Shown: one piece after another, positions 1 through 13,127 of the stretch
How positions within the stretch are numbered: the stretch's first letter is position 1
How the letters are laid out: each line of letters opens with the position of its first letter
Source: Lepidodermella squamata
Lineage: Eukaryota > Animalia > Gastrotricha
Assembly: GCA_047495785.1 (NCBI GenBank)
Contig: JBLDXI010000003.1
Coordinates: 868,001 to 932,000 of the forward strand
Reading direction: 5' to 3'
DNA length: 64,000 nucleotides
Notes under the pieces: model-generated
The model's database searches: none
Seen by the model: the letters and a program-made list of their open reading frames with translations, nothing else
What the model was told of the DNA's origin: nothing
Program-made: the position numbers and the translations under genes

Positions 1-725
1 CTGTGTGAACGCTCAGTTTTCGATGGAATAGCATTTCTATGATAGGCGTTTGAGGCAGCGTGAGGACCTTCATCATGCCCACGCCAAATATTATGCATTT
101 CGGAATCGGCTGAAGAATCGCGTGGGTAGTAAACGTTTTCCCCAATCGAAATACCACGAATGGTACAGTAAGGACAGGCGAAATAACCACCCGCGTGCGT
201 GCAAAGCATCACATCAGCCTTAGCAGGGGTAGCGCAGACAATTTTGACCTAAAATGTGGCACTGAAGTAGCAGCAGGCACATGGACATCAATCAGCGTGA
301 CTATAACCGATAGATTTAGGCGCTAATTAACTGACTTTTACTCGGGTTTATAGGACCCTGGGAGCCTCCTATTTTAGCGTAAAATTTTAAATTAAAGCTT
401 TTAATTGTCAAGAAATGAAATTCGAGGCGATAAATACCAAGTTTTAGGTAAAAAGCACGAAAATGCCGATTTTCTTAGCAATCTCGTGGACATTCAAAAC
501 GAGATTTTCTGGCGGGAAAACGACGGCCCGGCGGTCGAATTATTGATTGTCTTTCATAGAATTGAATTTGTCACGATATTGCTGATTGATACTACCCAGA
601 GCGGAATGCAGTAGTTCCTTTTCGAATGCGAAAAATCAATAGCAATTCATGAAAAATAATTAATAATTATTAATATTAATTAATATAATTCATGAAAATT
701 AATACCTATTTGTTTCAATTTTTAG

Positions 726-3700
726 AAATCTGAAGAATCTGACCAGTTCCCGCACCCGAAATCGCTGGAAGCCGTGCTGGACGCGTACCCGGACGTGTTC
801 ACCGGCCTGCTGACCGTCATCAACCGCTTCGGCTACCCGATCGAAGTCAACCGCCGCTCGCTCATGTACTCGACCCTGGCGCCGCAAAAGCCCGGCCAGC
901 TCAACGCCTACTTCACCCCGCTGTGCCTCATCCCCGAAATCAAATACCGCTACACGTGCTGGCTGATCCAACAACAACTAGGCCTGAAAAACAACGCGAT
1001 TATCGAACCGAAAATTGTTGCGGAATCGATTTCTCACCTGACTACAGCGATTTCGCTATCCCACGCGCTTGCAGGCCACGATTTTTACCTCGAGGCGGAG
1101 ATGACCTACTTACTAGCGTGTCTGAAACGGGTTACTTTATCCTACTCGAATCGGGCGTATCAATTGCCGTTAGACGACGTGATTTCCACGTATTTGAAGA
1201 GTGTCGAACTTGGCAAGGGGTCGATTCACGATTTATCGCTGATAAAATCGTGTTTCCTCGACATTTCCAACGTTGCTCTGAGTTATCTACACCCCAGCAA
1301 TCAGCCTTCATCCGGGGCCAATACCCCTCTACCAATCGATGTACCGCACTCGGCTTCGTCCAAAAAATCGAGCGCCTCAACTCAATCAGCGTTGAAAAAA
1401 ACGAATTCAAGTGGCCATAAAAGCACATCAGGCCATTCGAAGGACCATAAAGATAGTAGCAAGGACAGTAGTAAGGATCCTGGGGTTGATTTGCCGTTTG
1501 CGTTGAAGGAATGCGCGGCGTATGGCGTTGTTCTAGCGTCGAAAGCGGCTGCCGCCCAGCGGGCTAGGCTGGCCCTGCCGGCGGAACGCGTGGTGTCTGA
1601 GCGGCGGTTCGGCACGCCGCAGGAGTCGGCCCGCTTGCCCGACTACGTCACGCTTGATTTGTTTGCATTGCATACGGTCGCGCGGCGCCAGTTCCGCGAT
1701 TGGGTTGAGGAGGAGCTGGCGGAGTTGGATGACCAAATCAGCGCGAATCGGCCAGAGTCATACGATGTGCAAATGGAGAAGACGCGAGTTGCGGCTGAGA
1801 AGTAAGCTTTAAGTAATTTCAATATTTTAAAATTCCCCTTAAATTTTAGACAATTGGCTGCCGTTCATCTGCTGAACTACGAATCCGTACTCGACCGGCT
1901 TTGCAGCTTCAGCGCGATGGTAGCCGCCCGGGCGCCCACCTCCGGCCGCGCTTCATTGATTCTCCGAAAGCCCCTCCTATCGCGACCATGGTCCGACCGG
2001 CTGACCCACTTCCGCGAGACCCTGCTCCTGCTCGTACCCACCTACACCCTATCACCCGCCCTCGAAATGGCCATGTTCAACCCAGCTTTACAAGGCTTCG
2101 CTCAGATGAACGCGGCCAAGGGCAACCAATACGGGGCGGAGATTCAGAAAATGCTCGTCATCACAGAGTACGCGGAAATGCTGCAGAGCGTGGCTGATAC
2201 GGCGGTGAATGCGCAGACTGTTGAGCTGAGCGAATCTGGGCTAATTGAGACGGCATCGTCGCAGGACGGGCCGCGGAAACAGCACTCGAGACGGTCGAGC
2301 GTGACGGCGCAGGAGTCAGAGGTCATTCTGCAGTGGAGCCGGGATGTGTTTTTCGATGACGCGCCTGCGGCTGGGTTTGCGCTACGTGGCCAGTTGTACT
2401 ATGCGTCGACGCGGAGTGGCTGGCGCAGGGGCGACACGCGGGCGATTGTTGGCAAACGGTTTATCGACTGGGAGCGACTGAAAGGCATCCATGCGTCGCT
2501 AGTGGAGTTGACGCGCCAGGCTGGTCTTGTTCAGGTAAAAATTATAAAAATCTGCGAAAAATTGATTGAATCAGTGGTTTGAGAACCGAGAGTCGACGAG
2601 GCATTGATTCCACTAAATTTATAACAATCTGAACTGCTTTATCTGAACATTTAATTCATTTTAATCGTTCAGTACAAGCCGGAAGAGCCTCAAAAATCGA
2701 AGGTAAAAGACTTGATATTTATTTCTTGGTAAAACCACTGAAAGCCGATTTGAAAGTCCACGAATTTTAAAGTTAACTCATGTACCAAGTATCAGCTCTA
2801 GAAGTAGTTTATCTCGTCTTCGAAGTTGGCAATCCATATAACTTTGTTTCTAACCTTGGATCTTGTGTTTGGTGTCGGTAATTCACGCTGAAAACGTCAA
2901 AGTCAATCTAGCAGGGTAGCTTGATATTTCAGATCGAAAGATTTCGGAAAAGACTGAATGCGGGAGATGGGAGGAATGAAACACTATTGACACGATGTGT
3001 TGATACTTCCGTGCGGCCAGTTCCGCACGGTAAACATCCGCACAAAATGTGTCCACATTAGGTATTTGCACACACTCTGTTTCTTTAAGAGATTAAGGTT
3101 AGGGTGCACGAAAAAAATCAAGAAAAATCAAATGAAATCAGTCGTCAGGCTCTAACGGCAGGTAGAAATTGACCTCTTCATTACCGGCATCAGTCTCGTG
3201 GTGGCCGTTGTAGAACTCGTTCGCTTTCACCTCTTGAGGAAAGACTAAGGCTATGTCGGTCATGTTGACGGCGCAGGCGTCTAGGAATTCCATGAATCCG
3301 ATCTTTCCCGCATCGAGATCATCGCAGAGCCGTTGTATTGAGGCGTTGAGTCGTTTGAGCTTCTTACTTGACCGGTTTTGTAGGTTCTTGCATCGACTCG
3401 AGCCCAGTCGCGACGGGTGAAGGCTTCTTCACAAATGAGGAATGGAAAACTATTGACACTTGACACTTATACATGGAAAAAATGCGAACCCATTTGGGGA
3501 ATTACGAGGACTCGCATCCGAAGAAAAAGCTCATAAAGCGCGTACAAGAACTACGAGCCGAAATATCGATTGAGTCACAAAAGTATTGCTCCTATCGAGC
3601 GTTGGTGCCCGACCAAAAGCCACGAACACGGGCGAGAAGCGAGGTCTCCAGTGGTGAAAAGTCTTGAGCGGCAACAGCTTAGTCTCTAGTCCAGAAAAGT

Positions 3701-4446
3701 CACGCGAAGGGCACGTTACACGATGAATAGCGCCACGCTTGCGGATAGTTCTTGCATCACCTAGCGCGTTGCAAACTTCCAGATCGTCGTGGAATAGAAT
3801 CAGAGCTAGAGCATTTGGATTGTTTGGAAGCAAGTGGCCATGAATTCGCAATCTCTAGAATTAGTTATGCAGAATTTGTTTGTTGGTTATCAAAGTGGAA
3901 AGGAAGCAAGATATTTTCACATCATCGGATTGCCATCTTCGCCTTTTGTTTTTGTTTTTGAAAACTTCAAAAAATTTGAAACGGTTAAGCACTCGTTACT
4001 AGGAATGAATCATTCTTTTAAATTTGTGAACATTTCTTTAGGCTGGATCAGATGGAACCTCGAGCACTTCTCAGGGGGCCTCGTCGACAGCTGCAACGCC
4101 GAGTACCACCCCTGCTCCAAGCAAAACACCCCGAAAAACTGCAGCCGATTCGAAAGCCTTGCTTCAAAAGCCAGCTCAACAAGTCGGGCTGGGGAGTCGC
4201 GTTGAAGCCGCGTTTTTCGCCCTCATGGACGACATCAAGGCCATGCTGACGGGCGCCATAGCCGCCGAGAGTGATACGGCGAGGTCCGAAGCGTCGGATG
4301 ACTCATCGCCTGAGGATCTCCTCGAGCCGAACCGGCAAACCCTGGCGACGTTGGAGAAGCTCTTTGACCCAACTTACGGGTTGATTTTGCGAGGAAATAA
4401 CCAACTCATGAGTTGGTTCCTCGGAATGCTACCTGACAAATATTAA
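726..4446 (+). CDS. CFAP54: 3' part of a CFAP54-like (cilia- and flagella-associated protein 54) gene. Exons 726-1801, 1850-2534, probable 30-nt microexon 2673-2702, and 4042-4446; the 5' part lies upstream of the window
   Basis: GT-AG junctions join ORFs 774, 1854 and 4159 in frame. The C-terminus LEKLFDPTYGLILRGNNQLMSWFLGMLP and the blocks LPDYVTLDL, EVILQW and IHASLVEL resemble the vertebrate CFAP54 C-terminal region as I recall it (not searched). Confidence 0.7.
3500..3830 (-). mobile_element. Degenerate DNA-transposon transposase remnant (CACTA/EnSpm-like) inside the long CFAP54 intron
   Basis: LILFHDDLEVCNALGDARTIRKRGAI resembles the YxDDxExxNPLG...KLGAxY motif of invertebrate CMC/EnSpm-like transposases. 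Surrounding frames are broken and boundaries are approximate. Confidence 0.35.
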
Positions 4447-5245
4447 TTGTGGAAAAATATGTTCATTGTATGAGCTGTGATTTTTGTGTAATTTTTTATC
4501 GAACACAAATCGTAGAGATTTTATTTTAAAGATTCACACCTTATTTTAGCACTCAATAAAATCGCGTGAAGAAAGTTCCGGGACTGTTTTTGTGTTGAAA
4601 GATTGCTGAATTCACTGATTGCTGAAAAAGAGGCAATGGGCAGTGCTGATCAATTTCAATCGGGTCAACAAACTAACTGGCGGCAATATGATATATGATC
4701 GACCTCTGCATCTTTACCCATTTTTCTGCGTTCACTTTTCAATAATTGTTAATTGATTTCAAACGAATATCGAAAAATAATAAAGCATATCAGACCATGT
4801 CCCAATCCGGGAATCACGGATCCAGCTACTGAATACTGCGCGAACGAAGTTGCATTTTGTACGCCGTAACCCGGCTCTCAAACCCGGTCGTAAAAGCTTG
4901 GAAAGCTGAGTCTGGTACAGGCTACATCTTTTTTAACCTCACTATATCCAATCCGAAGAAATGTTGGTTGTAGACTACGCTAATTTCATGATTTCAATTT
5001 TGGCTCAAATAGCATCACAACGATGTGTAATATTTAATTGCTATTGGCGCTGTAAGTAAATATAATAGGGGCTAATAATCGCGAAACCTCCCAAATCCTG
5101 GCTGAGATGTTACCACGCAGCCCAGCTTCATCCACGCAATAGGGCTAAATTCAGCTGGCAGACACATCGGGCTAATTAACTTCGAAACGAAAGGCGCACA
5201 ATATCCGTTATTCTGCCGTCTGAATTCAGTATTTTTGCGCATCAA

Positions 5246-7785
5246 ATGAAGCAGATTCGACTATTACTGGTAGCGACTCAAGTGTTACTTGTTTCTTCTG
5301 CCGACCGTTTTGAAATGGTGACAAACAACACAAGTCGGCGCGAAACCATCACACTTTCGATGGTTATCAATGCGGGCGGGTCTATCCTACCGATTGGCCC
5401 TGAAATTTGCGCCGAATCTTTGCGGTTAGCGTTAGCAGGAGCTGAGGCGAAAGGCATACTCAAAAACTACCGAATTGCTATTGATCTGTACGATGACGAG
5501 GTACGTTTCTAAGACCAAGCAGCTAACAGCTGTTTTACTGGTTTTAATCTCAGTGTGCTGATGGCTTGTCGATTCTGCATGTAGCCAACGTACTACGAGA
5601 TTCGGCCTCTCGAAAGGACAACTTGGTGCCTTTTATCTCTGGGCCAATATGCACAGATGCAAAATGGACAGGTTCAATGATTAAACACCAGCAGTTTGTC
5701 TCTATTTCTGAGTACGGCTCAATCGAAGAAATATTCTGGAATCGCGAGAAGTACAACAGCCAATTCTCAATCTTGCCACCATTCTCCGTCTTCTATCAAG
5801 CGATTCCTGTGTTTGTAAAATTCTTCAACTGGACAAGGGTTTTCTTACTTACAGAAGATTACAACGGCGTATCAGGCTATTGGCAACCTGTAAGCTTAGT
5901 CTTTCTATTTAAAAGCTATAATTTCGCCATTTTTCAGTTCGAGGATGTGCTGTTCAAGGGTCTGGATGAATTGAACATAACACTCGGAGGGACCTCGAAG
6001 GTAAAAGTAGCCAACAGCTTGCCATCACAAGAAGCCGTTGAAATCGCAATGCAAGCACTGATTGGTTTCGATCCAAGAATCATTGTTGTAAACACGAATG
6101 CTGGGCCGCTTATTGCGTGTTGGATGCATCGCTACAAACTTTACGGTCCGGGATTTGTCATCATTTTCACCGGTCAAGCTGTTTTTCTACCCAATTCGCC
6201 AGGAAAGGATGACAACTGCACTGAAACTATGATCTCCCAGGTATTAGAGTCTGTGATCTTTTTCACCTATGGGAAACCATCTGATATAAATCCGAGTCTG
6301 AAAGATGTGTTTGGGTTGAGTGGCAGGGATTTCGACAAACGATTGATGGAAGTTATCAAGCAGCCGGATTTAACAGACAATTGGCTCTTCTGGAGGCCAA
6401 TGTGTTACAGCCAAGTTGTAGGAGCAATCATGGCTCTCGATCAAGTCGATGCAAAACTTCGATCTATGAATGACTCATTGCTGCAATGGGTAACAAGTTC
6501 AGAGAAATTTTTGAAAAATGCATCCGTCATACACAGTTTGATGATGAAAAATCTCAATAATCTGCACTATCAAGGTCTATCCTTGAACCCAGGCCAAAAT
6601 TTCAACAGCCAAACAGGGCTGACAGCTTTCTACCAAGTTCGCTTGAATGAGGGAAACAATTCTGTAACCTATGCTTTAGTCGCTTCTTATGATTCGACGG
6701 TTAAATCCAGTAAGCTAAGCGTTTATGGTAGCAAACTGATCTTAAGGCCGATGAAAATTGACTGGAAAACGCCTGGAAACAAAGTTCCGTTTGATTCGGT
6801 GAAAACCAACGTGATCTATGAATCAGTGTTATCCACCGATCAGAAACTCGCTTTCAACGTGGTATCTCCTGCTTTCCTTTTGATTTGTATTTCAATCAAG
6901 ACTGTTCTCATATTTAAACGGCGTACACTCCGGGTTAAAAACTCAGTGTTCGTGATCAACTTGATGATCCTCGTCGGAGGGGAACTAATGGCAGTTTTCG
7001 TCTTGATCATGGTCAACTCAAATTCGTTTATAGGAGTGATCTTCAGCATAGTAATCGGTGTTCTTTCCGCCTCATTGATTGTAAGTGGAATCGGTTCGAA
7101 ACTACAACTGGCTTATGATGTCAACAAAGAGGGAAACTTTCGATGCGCAACGGCTGCTAGCAGCAGAATGAGGAAAACGGCTTCGGGCTTTGGAAGTCAA
7201 GTAAAACTTTCCATTCGGTCTTCGGCTAATCATGAAGTTGTTGCAACGGATATAAGCAAAGACCATATCCTTCAAGCTTTGAAGAAAGTAGCTTTGCCAC
7301 TGATTTTTTCATCACTAATCCTGGTTTGCATTTGGCTCTCCGCAGCTCCCCTCCAGCAGTTTACAGCTACTAGATCGATAGTGCCATCTACAACTGAAGT
7401 TAGCGTAGCATATGTTAACAGCTATACAAGCTTTGAGTTAAATCGTGATAGCAATCCTGCTATATCGATGGGATGCCTCTTGGCACTGGCTGGTGTCTTT
7501 GGTCTGTCATTTCTCGCATCAATGGCGTATCTTTTCAGTTTGAGAAGTGTCAAAATTTCAACCATCAATGACTTGCATTCAGTTCGAGCTGCTGCTTACT
7601 GCTTTTGGTTCATTCTAATCTCCGGATCTGTTGTAATCTGGCTGTTCTTCAGCCACAGTGATTTCAAGTATCTTTACATAGGAATTTGCAGTTTTAGTCT
7701 CATGCTATCGCTTACTGTCATACTCATCATTTTCGCACCCGGTGTCATCGGAGTTATTCGAGGGGTAAATTCCATGGATGTCTAG
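5246..7785 (+). CDS. Class C GPCR, GABA-B-receptor-like (signal peptide, Venus flytrap domain, 7TM). Exons 5246-5500, 5554-5889, 5938-7785
   Basis: Signal peptide MKQIRLLLVATQVLLVSSA. Intron 5501-5553 joins YDDE to CADG in frame; 5890-5937 is a 48-nt stop-free GT-AG intron. ANF-type motif FFNWTRV; seven hydrophobic helices; ICL3 LRSVKISTIND (GABA-B-type TRxVKIxxLND); TM7 IFAP; no Cys-rich domain. Confidence 0.85.
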
Positions 7786-7997
7786 GTGTACCACTCCACA
7801 AAAGACATTTCTTAGAAGAAACAATGTGTGATTTGTCATTGTATTGTGTCGTATCGTAAAAGATAATTCTTAGAGTGAATGAGTTATTAGGGGTGAAAGC
7901 GGAAAGCGGGCAATTTTTACACTGGTTTAACAGTCGGCCATGAGCATAGATGAGATGCTGTATTCTAGGGCAGATCAACAACCTCAGGGCCATCGTA

Positions 7998-8025
7998 ATT
8001 AGGGTTAGGGTTAGGGTTATGTTAG
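7998..8025 (+). repeat. Short interstitial (TTAGGG)n-like tract
   Basis: attagggttagggttagggttatgttag downstream of the GPCR. Confidence 0.8.
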
Positions 8026-9776
8026 CTTGGTTGAATTTTCAGAACATAGATAATAATAAAGACCGGAAGCTTACGATTCAAAATTTGAGGGTACAAAGGT
8101 CACCATGTGCAAAGCCACGTTTTTGCGCGTTTTATGTGAGCCATGTGTGCCTAGCTAAATGCATATAAAATCGACCCCTTTTTAAATCGATTTTTCAAAA
8201 AAATGTCATTTTTCTAATTGTTTGATAATGTGTGACCTATTACAACGTTTTACGCTCTTTCCAACGAGACCAGGATCGCCTTCCTAGTTCCTAGGACCGA
8301 TACCAGGTCATCTAGATATCCGCAAAGAAGCTAAAATGAATCCCCAAGATCGAAATTTGTCAATGATGTCGGGACGGAAGAAATTGTTAAAATATGAGTG
8401 GAAAATTCCAGAAAAAATATGTTCATTACCAGGATGGGCTAAGCGATCGAAATATATAACTTTTATCCCCGTCAGCCTTTCACATAATCACAAGTAAGCC
8501 ATAAAGCTTAATCACAAGTTTATCAAGTCTCTTTAATTCAAAGTCAACGTAATTTACCGAGAAACTACCATCAACGCAGCTCATTATTCAAGTATGTTAA
8601 AAGAATTACCCCTCAACTTCGCTTTTCGATGGGGCTATTCGGTCGCAATTAATTTGCCAAAACAAGTATGCATCGAATCGGGAGTTTTAAATTTTCCCAT
8701 GCATCCGCAGATTCAGAAGAAATTGGTCGAGAGCCTCGCAATTATCTATTCCGGTCCAGGTAATTAAATGCAACAAAGGGGTTTTCTTGAGTTACACCTA
8801 CACCTGAAAGGGGCGCTTGCAGCTTCAGAACCTTTTACTCTTAGAACTCATACTTTTGACAGAATATGTGTCATCTATCGAAGTAGCTCCATGCAAAAAT
8901 TTATCGAATTCCACTTTATAGTTTTTGAGTATAAGCCTTATTCTACTGATTGAACTTAAGTGTCACCGAATAACCCCTTATTCTGCGATAGCCCCAAATG
9001 ACGGTAGTACGCTAAATCTTGCTTAAGTGCGCGATAAAACGCAATCTTTTTAGGCAGGCGTTGCGATATCCTTCGAGTTCGACAGGATTATAGTCGTGTG
9101 ATTAGTCATAAGTTTAATCCGTAGCGAAGTGGACGATTTTCTGGTTCAAACCGCCCGTATAGATACGGTTATTCCACGCAACATTTCATATACCCTTATC
9201 TTCCGTGCCTCGTTATTTTATCAATCTGCATTGCCGTTTACGGTGATGCTCACGCACAAGTAGAGCGAAACAGAACTATAGATTCGAATATTAACCATTG
9301 CGTAGTGGGTGAAGAGGGCTACGCGCCCGGTTGAAAGATCGAATCAGTGCAAACGCGAAAGATCACATTTGACGTACCTACCTTCTAGATAATGCTATCA
9401 GTTAACAAAATGATAGGACCTTTGGTGTTGTTAGCTACTAGTGCCATATCTTCTCAAAAGGAGACTCTGTTGAGGTCGGAGTTCAAAGTCTGGCAAACAG
9501 GTGGAAACACTATCTTCCTGGTATTCTTTGGTGCCTAGTGCCTAATTTTGCGGACTGCTTATAAGCGCTGAACGGGTAGCTTTCCGATTTTCAAAAATTC
9601 ACTAGGTGATGTCCTTTTAAAACGAATATTCCACGTTTCAACTCGTCAAATCTGGAATCATTTTATTTGAAATTTGAAATACAAGTAATCACGAAATGAA
9701 TACGAGCGAAGATTTCAAGAAATTTTACGTCTTATGATTATGGTAATCATTTGCATTTAGTGAGGGGATTAAATGT

Positions 9777-11312
9777 CTAATTGATGGCGAGCTTCAGCAT
9801 TAACAAAGCTGCAAAATAGATGACTTGAAGGTCGTCGAATAAGTGAGCGAATCCTATCGACTGATTAGTCGTTGTCGGAATAAAGGCAGTAGTTGTTGGT
9901 TCAGCTGATCTAGTTAGCTTGTAACAATGAACTTGTCCGGAAGGAGTAGCTGAGTAAAAGTAGCCATCATAGTATGCCAGCTCGTTCGGGGTCCCCAGAA
10001 GGTCTGCTATGAACGTGCGTAATTTGCCTTTCCTATTGAAAAGCTGCATTGATTCCTCTGTCCGCACCATGACCGCGTCATTGAAGATGATCGCAGTTGA
10101 AGTTGATGATGACCCATCTACGCCTAATGTATACGTCCTCATATTCCACCCAGAGACTAGTTCATATTCATAGAACGCTTTTGTTCCATTCCAAAGCCGA
10201 AACGCCGAAAGTCCATCTGTCGCTGCGAAGTAAACGTTGTTACCTTCGACTTGATCTCTCGCCCACCAATCTGCCTTTTTTTTTATACATCCAGGGCAAT
10301 CAGTCTACCTTGGGAATTCAATAGAGCGATGCCTTTATCGTGAGGCGGTGGGGTGTAGATTTGGCTCGATCCCGCGTACGATCTGCGCCGAACAGAGCCG
10401 TTTACGGCGTCGATGTAGAACAAAGTATCAAGTCGGCTGATGCCTAACATGAGCTCCAAGTCGACAGTGGTTAAAAATGACGGTGCGTCATCGGCCTGTG
10501 TGAATTGGACGCCGTTTCCGAAGGTAAGATCGCGCTCGCCAGTGTCCAAATTAAAGGCATAGAGTCCCCACGTGGATTCGCCTGGCAAATTAATGGCAAA
10601 TTATAAAGAGCAAAATAACAGCGCTTCCTTATTCATATGATTGCGTAGCAAATAAGGTAGATATTTGTTGAACCTTATCCTAGTAGCTCGTTTCACGCAG
10701 AAAATACTACTAGAAACGCGGGCATCACTGTCTGTAAAACGATGGAGACTGCGTTCGTAAAACAAGGGTGGGCATAAACCATTTACAAATTGTCTCATCT
10801 ACTGATCCATTATAACAAGCTAGCTTACCTTGGAGCTGGCCTGCCGTGGCGACACGGCGTTGGTAAAGAGTTATAACAGCTTGATCTGCCGAAATCTTCA
10901 CGGACCAAAGAACGACAGGCGGATTAGCTGTGACATTTATCGCGTGCATAGTAGAACAGGACCGTGATAAGATGACCATAATGCCTGATCTGGGCTCAAT
11001 CATTGGCGAATGCGGGATGCATTCTTCGCTGTTGTACACTACACTGGCGAGTTGATTCCCAGTTTTGGCGTCTAAGACGAACAGCTTTTCACCGCTTGCA
11101 TAGAAAATTTTGTCGGAATAAGCCAGCACCCGCTCGGTGTATCGAGCTTTGGCGTTGTCGGAGTTGAAGAGCCACTCTGGTACTATGCTGTCAACAGTTT
11201 CGATGCCGAGATTGTCGTGTGTGTACCAAGTATGGCCTTCATCACCGCCAGCGTCGATCCAGTCGCCTGATGCTGCGGCGATAGTAAACACTATTAAAAA
11301 CAATCGAAACAT
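9777..11312 (-). pseudogene. PQQ-like beta-propeller gene, copy A. Exons 11312-10829 and 10581-9777; one frameshift/stop in an A-run near 10276-10285
   Basis: Collinear with intact copy C. Phase-1 intron 10582-10828 gives TAGQLQ-GESTW. One missing base in the 9-A run gives DV*, and the frame resumes to ...KLAIN*. This could be a homopolymer sequencing error. Confidence 0.8.
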
Positions 11313-12245
11313 CTTTTTCTGTGGGAAACTGGGTTACACGCGCACCTTTTATACTCCTCCTTATCTTAACGCATGAAAGTCACTTGAGTTACGGATTAAT
11401 CACAGTGTGCGACGTGTAGGTGTGGGCTTATCAGTAGGGTAAAGTGACCCAATTTTGCAAAAAACTGGTCACTGACTGAAGTAGTGAAAATTAATTTCTA
11501 ACCAGTTTTTTTGTAACAGGGAATGATTTTAAACATGACCATCGTACTCTGCGGCCTTTGTTTGACCATAAAATCTTTTGTTCCAGAAAAATTGGCTGAA
11601 AATTGACAACGTTTGCAGTTTAGGACGAAAAATTAGGACGAAAAATAGAAATGCGTTGCATAATTGAGGCCATTGCCTTTAATTACAAAACCGGTGGCCC
11701 TATTGTTTGCGACAGGTGTTTGCGCAACAATGATGAGCTTTTTGAAAATTTCCATTTGGGGCTATTTAGTTCAATACCCAAGGCACCTACTGGCTAAAGA
11801 AGAGCTCTCCATGACCGAGGGCCTTCGATATCAATGGCTTCAAAAATCAGTGACCAGTTCTTTGCAAAATTGGATCATTCTACACTATATAAATAGGGCG
11901 GAGGCTATAGCTCACTGAGGAACCACTATGGAGTCCATGTCAATTGCGTTCGCTGATTGGTCATTCGATCGTTACCATGACCAATATCATGATTGGGTTG
12001 TAAATCTCTCACAGCATTTCAGCTGACCACTGTAAATACCTTTAATTTCGAAAGAAATTTGACCATTAGTCATGCTCAAATGGGTGAGTTAGCTGTCACG
12101 GAAATATCTCCGCTGAAAAAATAGCGGTATTTGGCGAAAAGTTTTATAAAACCCAGACAGAGCACTCGTTAGTAATCCGCAAGTCATTCAAGACAATAGA
12201 CAAAATTCACCCTAGATATGTTTCCATTTGGCTATCTGTAGCTTC

Positions 12246-12571
12246 CCTCTAGCAATTTACGGCGACGGCTCTTTGGTCTGTCTTTGGTCTGTCATTTCTC
12301 GCAACAATGGCGTATCTCTTCAGTTTGAGAAATGTCAAAATTTCAACCATCAATGACTTGCATTCAGTTCGAGCTACTGCTTTCTGCTTTTGGTTCATTC
12401 TAATCGCCGGATCTGTTGTAATCTGGCTATTCTTCAGCCAGAGTGATTTCAAGTTTCTTCATATAGGAATTTGCAGTTTGAGTTTAATGCTATCGCTTAC
12501 TGTCATACTCATCATTTTCGTTCTCGGTGTCATCGGAGTTATTCGAGGGGTAAATTCAATGGATGTCTATA
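12246..12571 (+). pseudogene. Duplicated 3' fragment (part of TM5, TM6-TM7) of the GABA-B-like GPCR
   Basis: Highly similar to ~7350-7785 with an internal deletion; no 5' exons; the 3' flank is also duplicated. Confidence 0.85.
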
Positions 12572-12782
12572 GGTGTACCACTCCACAAAAGACATTTCTT
12601 AGAAGTGTGATTTGCCATTGTATTGTGTATTGTGTCGTATCGTAAAAGATAATTCTTAGGGTGAATGAGTGATTAGGGGTGAAAGCGGAAAGCGGGCAAT
12701 TTTTACACTGTTTTAACAGTCGGCCATGAGCATAGATGAAATGCTGTATTCTAGGGCAGTTCAACAAATTCAGGACCATCGT

Positions 12783-12822
12783 GATTAGGGATAGGGTTAG
12801 GGAAAAGGTTGGGGATGGGTTT
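12783..12822 (+). repeat. Degenerate TTAGGG-like tract
   Basis: gattagggatagggttagggaaaaggttgggg, paralogous to the tract at 23020-23160. Confidence 0.6.
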
Positions 12823-12939
12823 TGGAATATGTATTAGTAACTGAATACTGAGCATCCGGATCCATAAAAGCTGAACCCTTGACTTTCGAAGCATCTCGGA
12901 GAACGAAAATAGGCAGACATTGCGAGTTGCCAGAAATAA

Positions 12940-13127
12940 ATTTATAGCGTCAATGCTACTTATACACGGTATCAAGCCGGCTGATGCCGATTAATCGCGT
13001 GTCCTGGTAGAGGGTCAAAAATGAGTGTGTCTCGCCAGCCTGTGCGAAGTCGGCGCCGGATCCGAAGTTATCAATGAACTCGCCAGTTATCAAATTAAAG
13101 GCATGCAATCGTCACGAGGCTTCGCCC
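12940..13127 (-). pseudogene. Exon-2 fragment of a PQQ-like beta-propeller paralogue
   Basis: Minus strand reads GEAS*RLHAFNLITGEFIDNFGSGADFAQAGETHSFLTL...IGISRLDTVY, matching copy B exon 2. Confidence 0.75.

Noticed and set aside
8776-8980. Possible small MITE with GGGGTT termini
   Set aside because: The inverted repeat is too degenerate and the TSD unclear to support a call.
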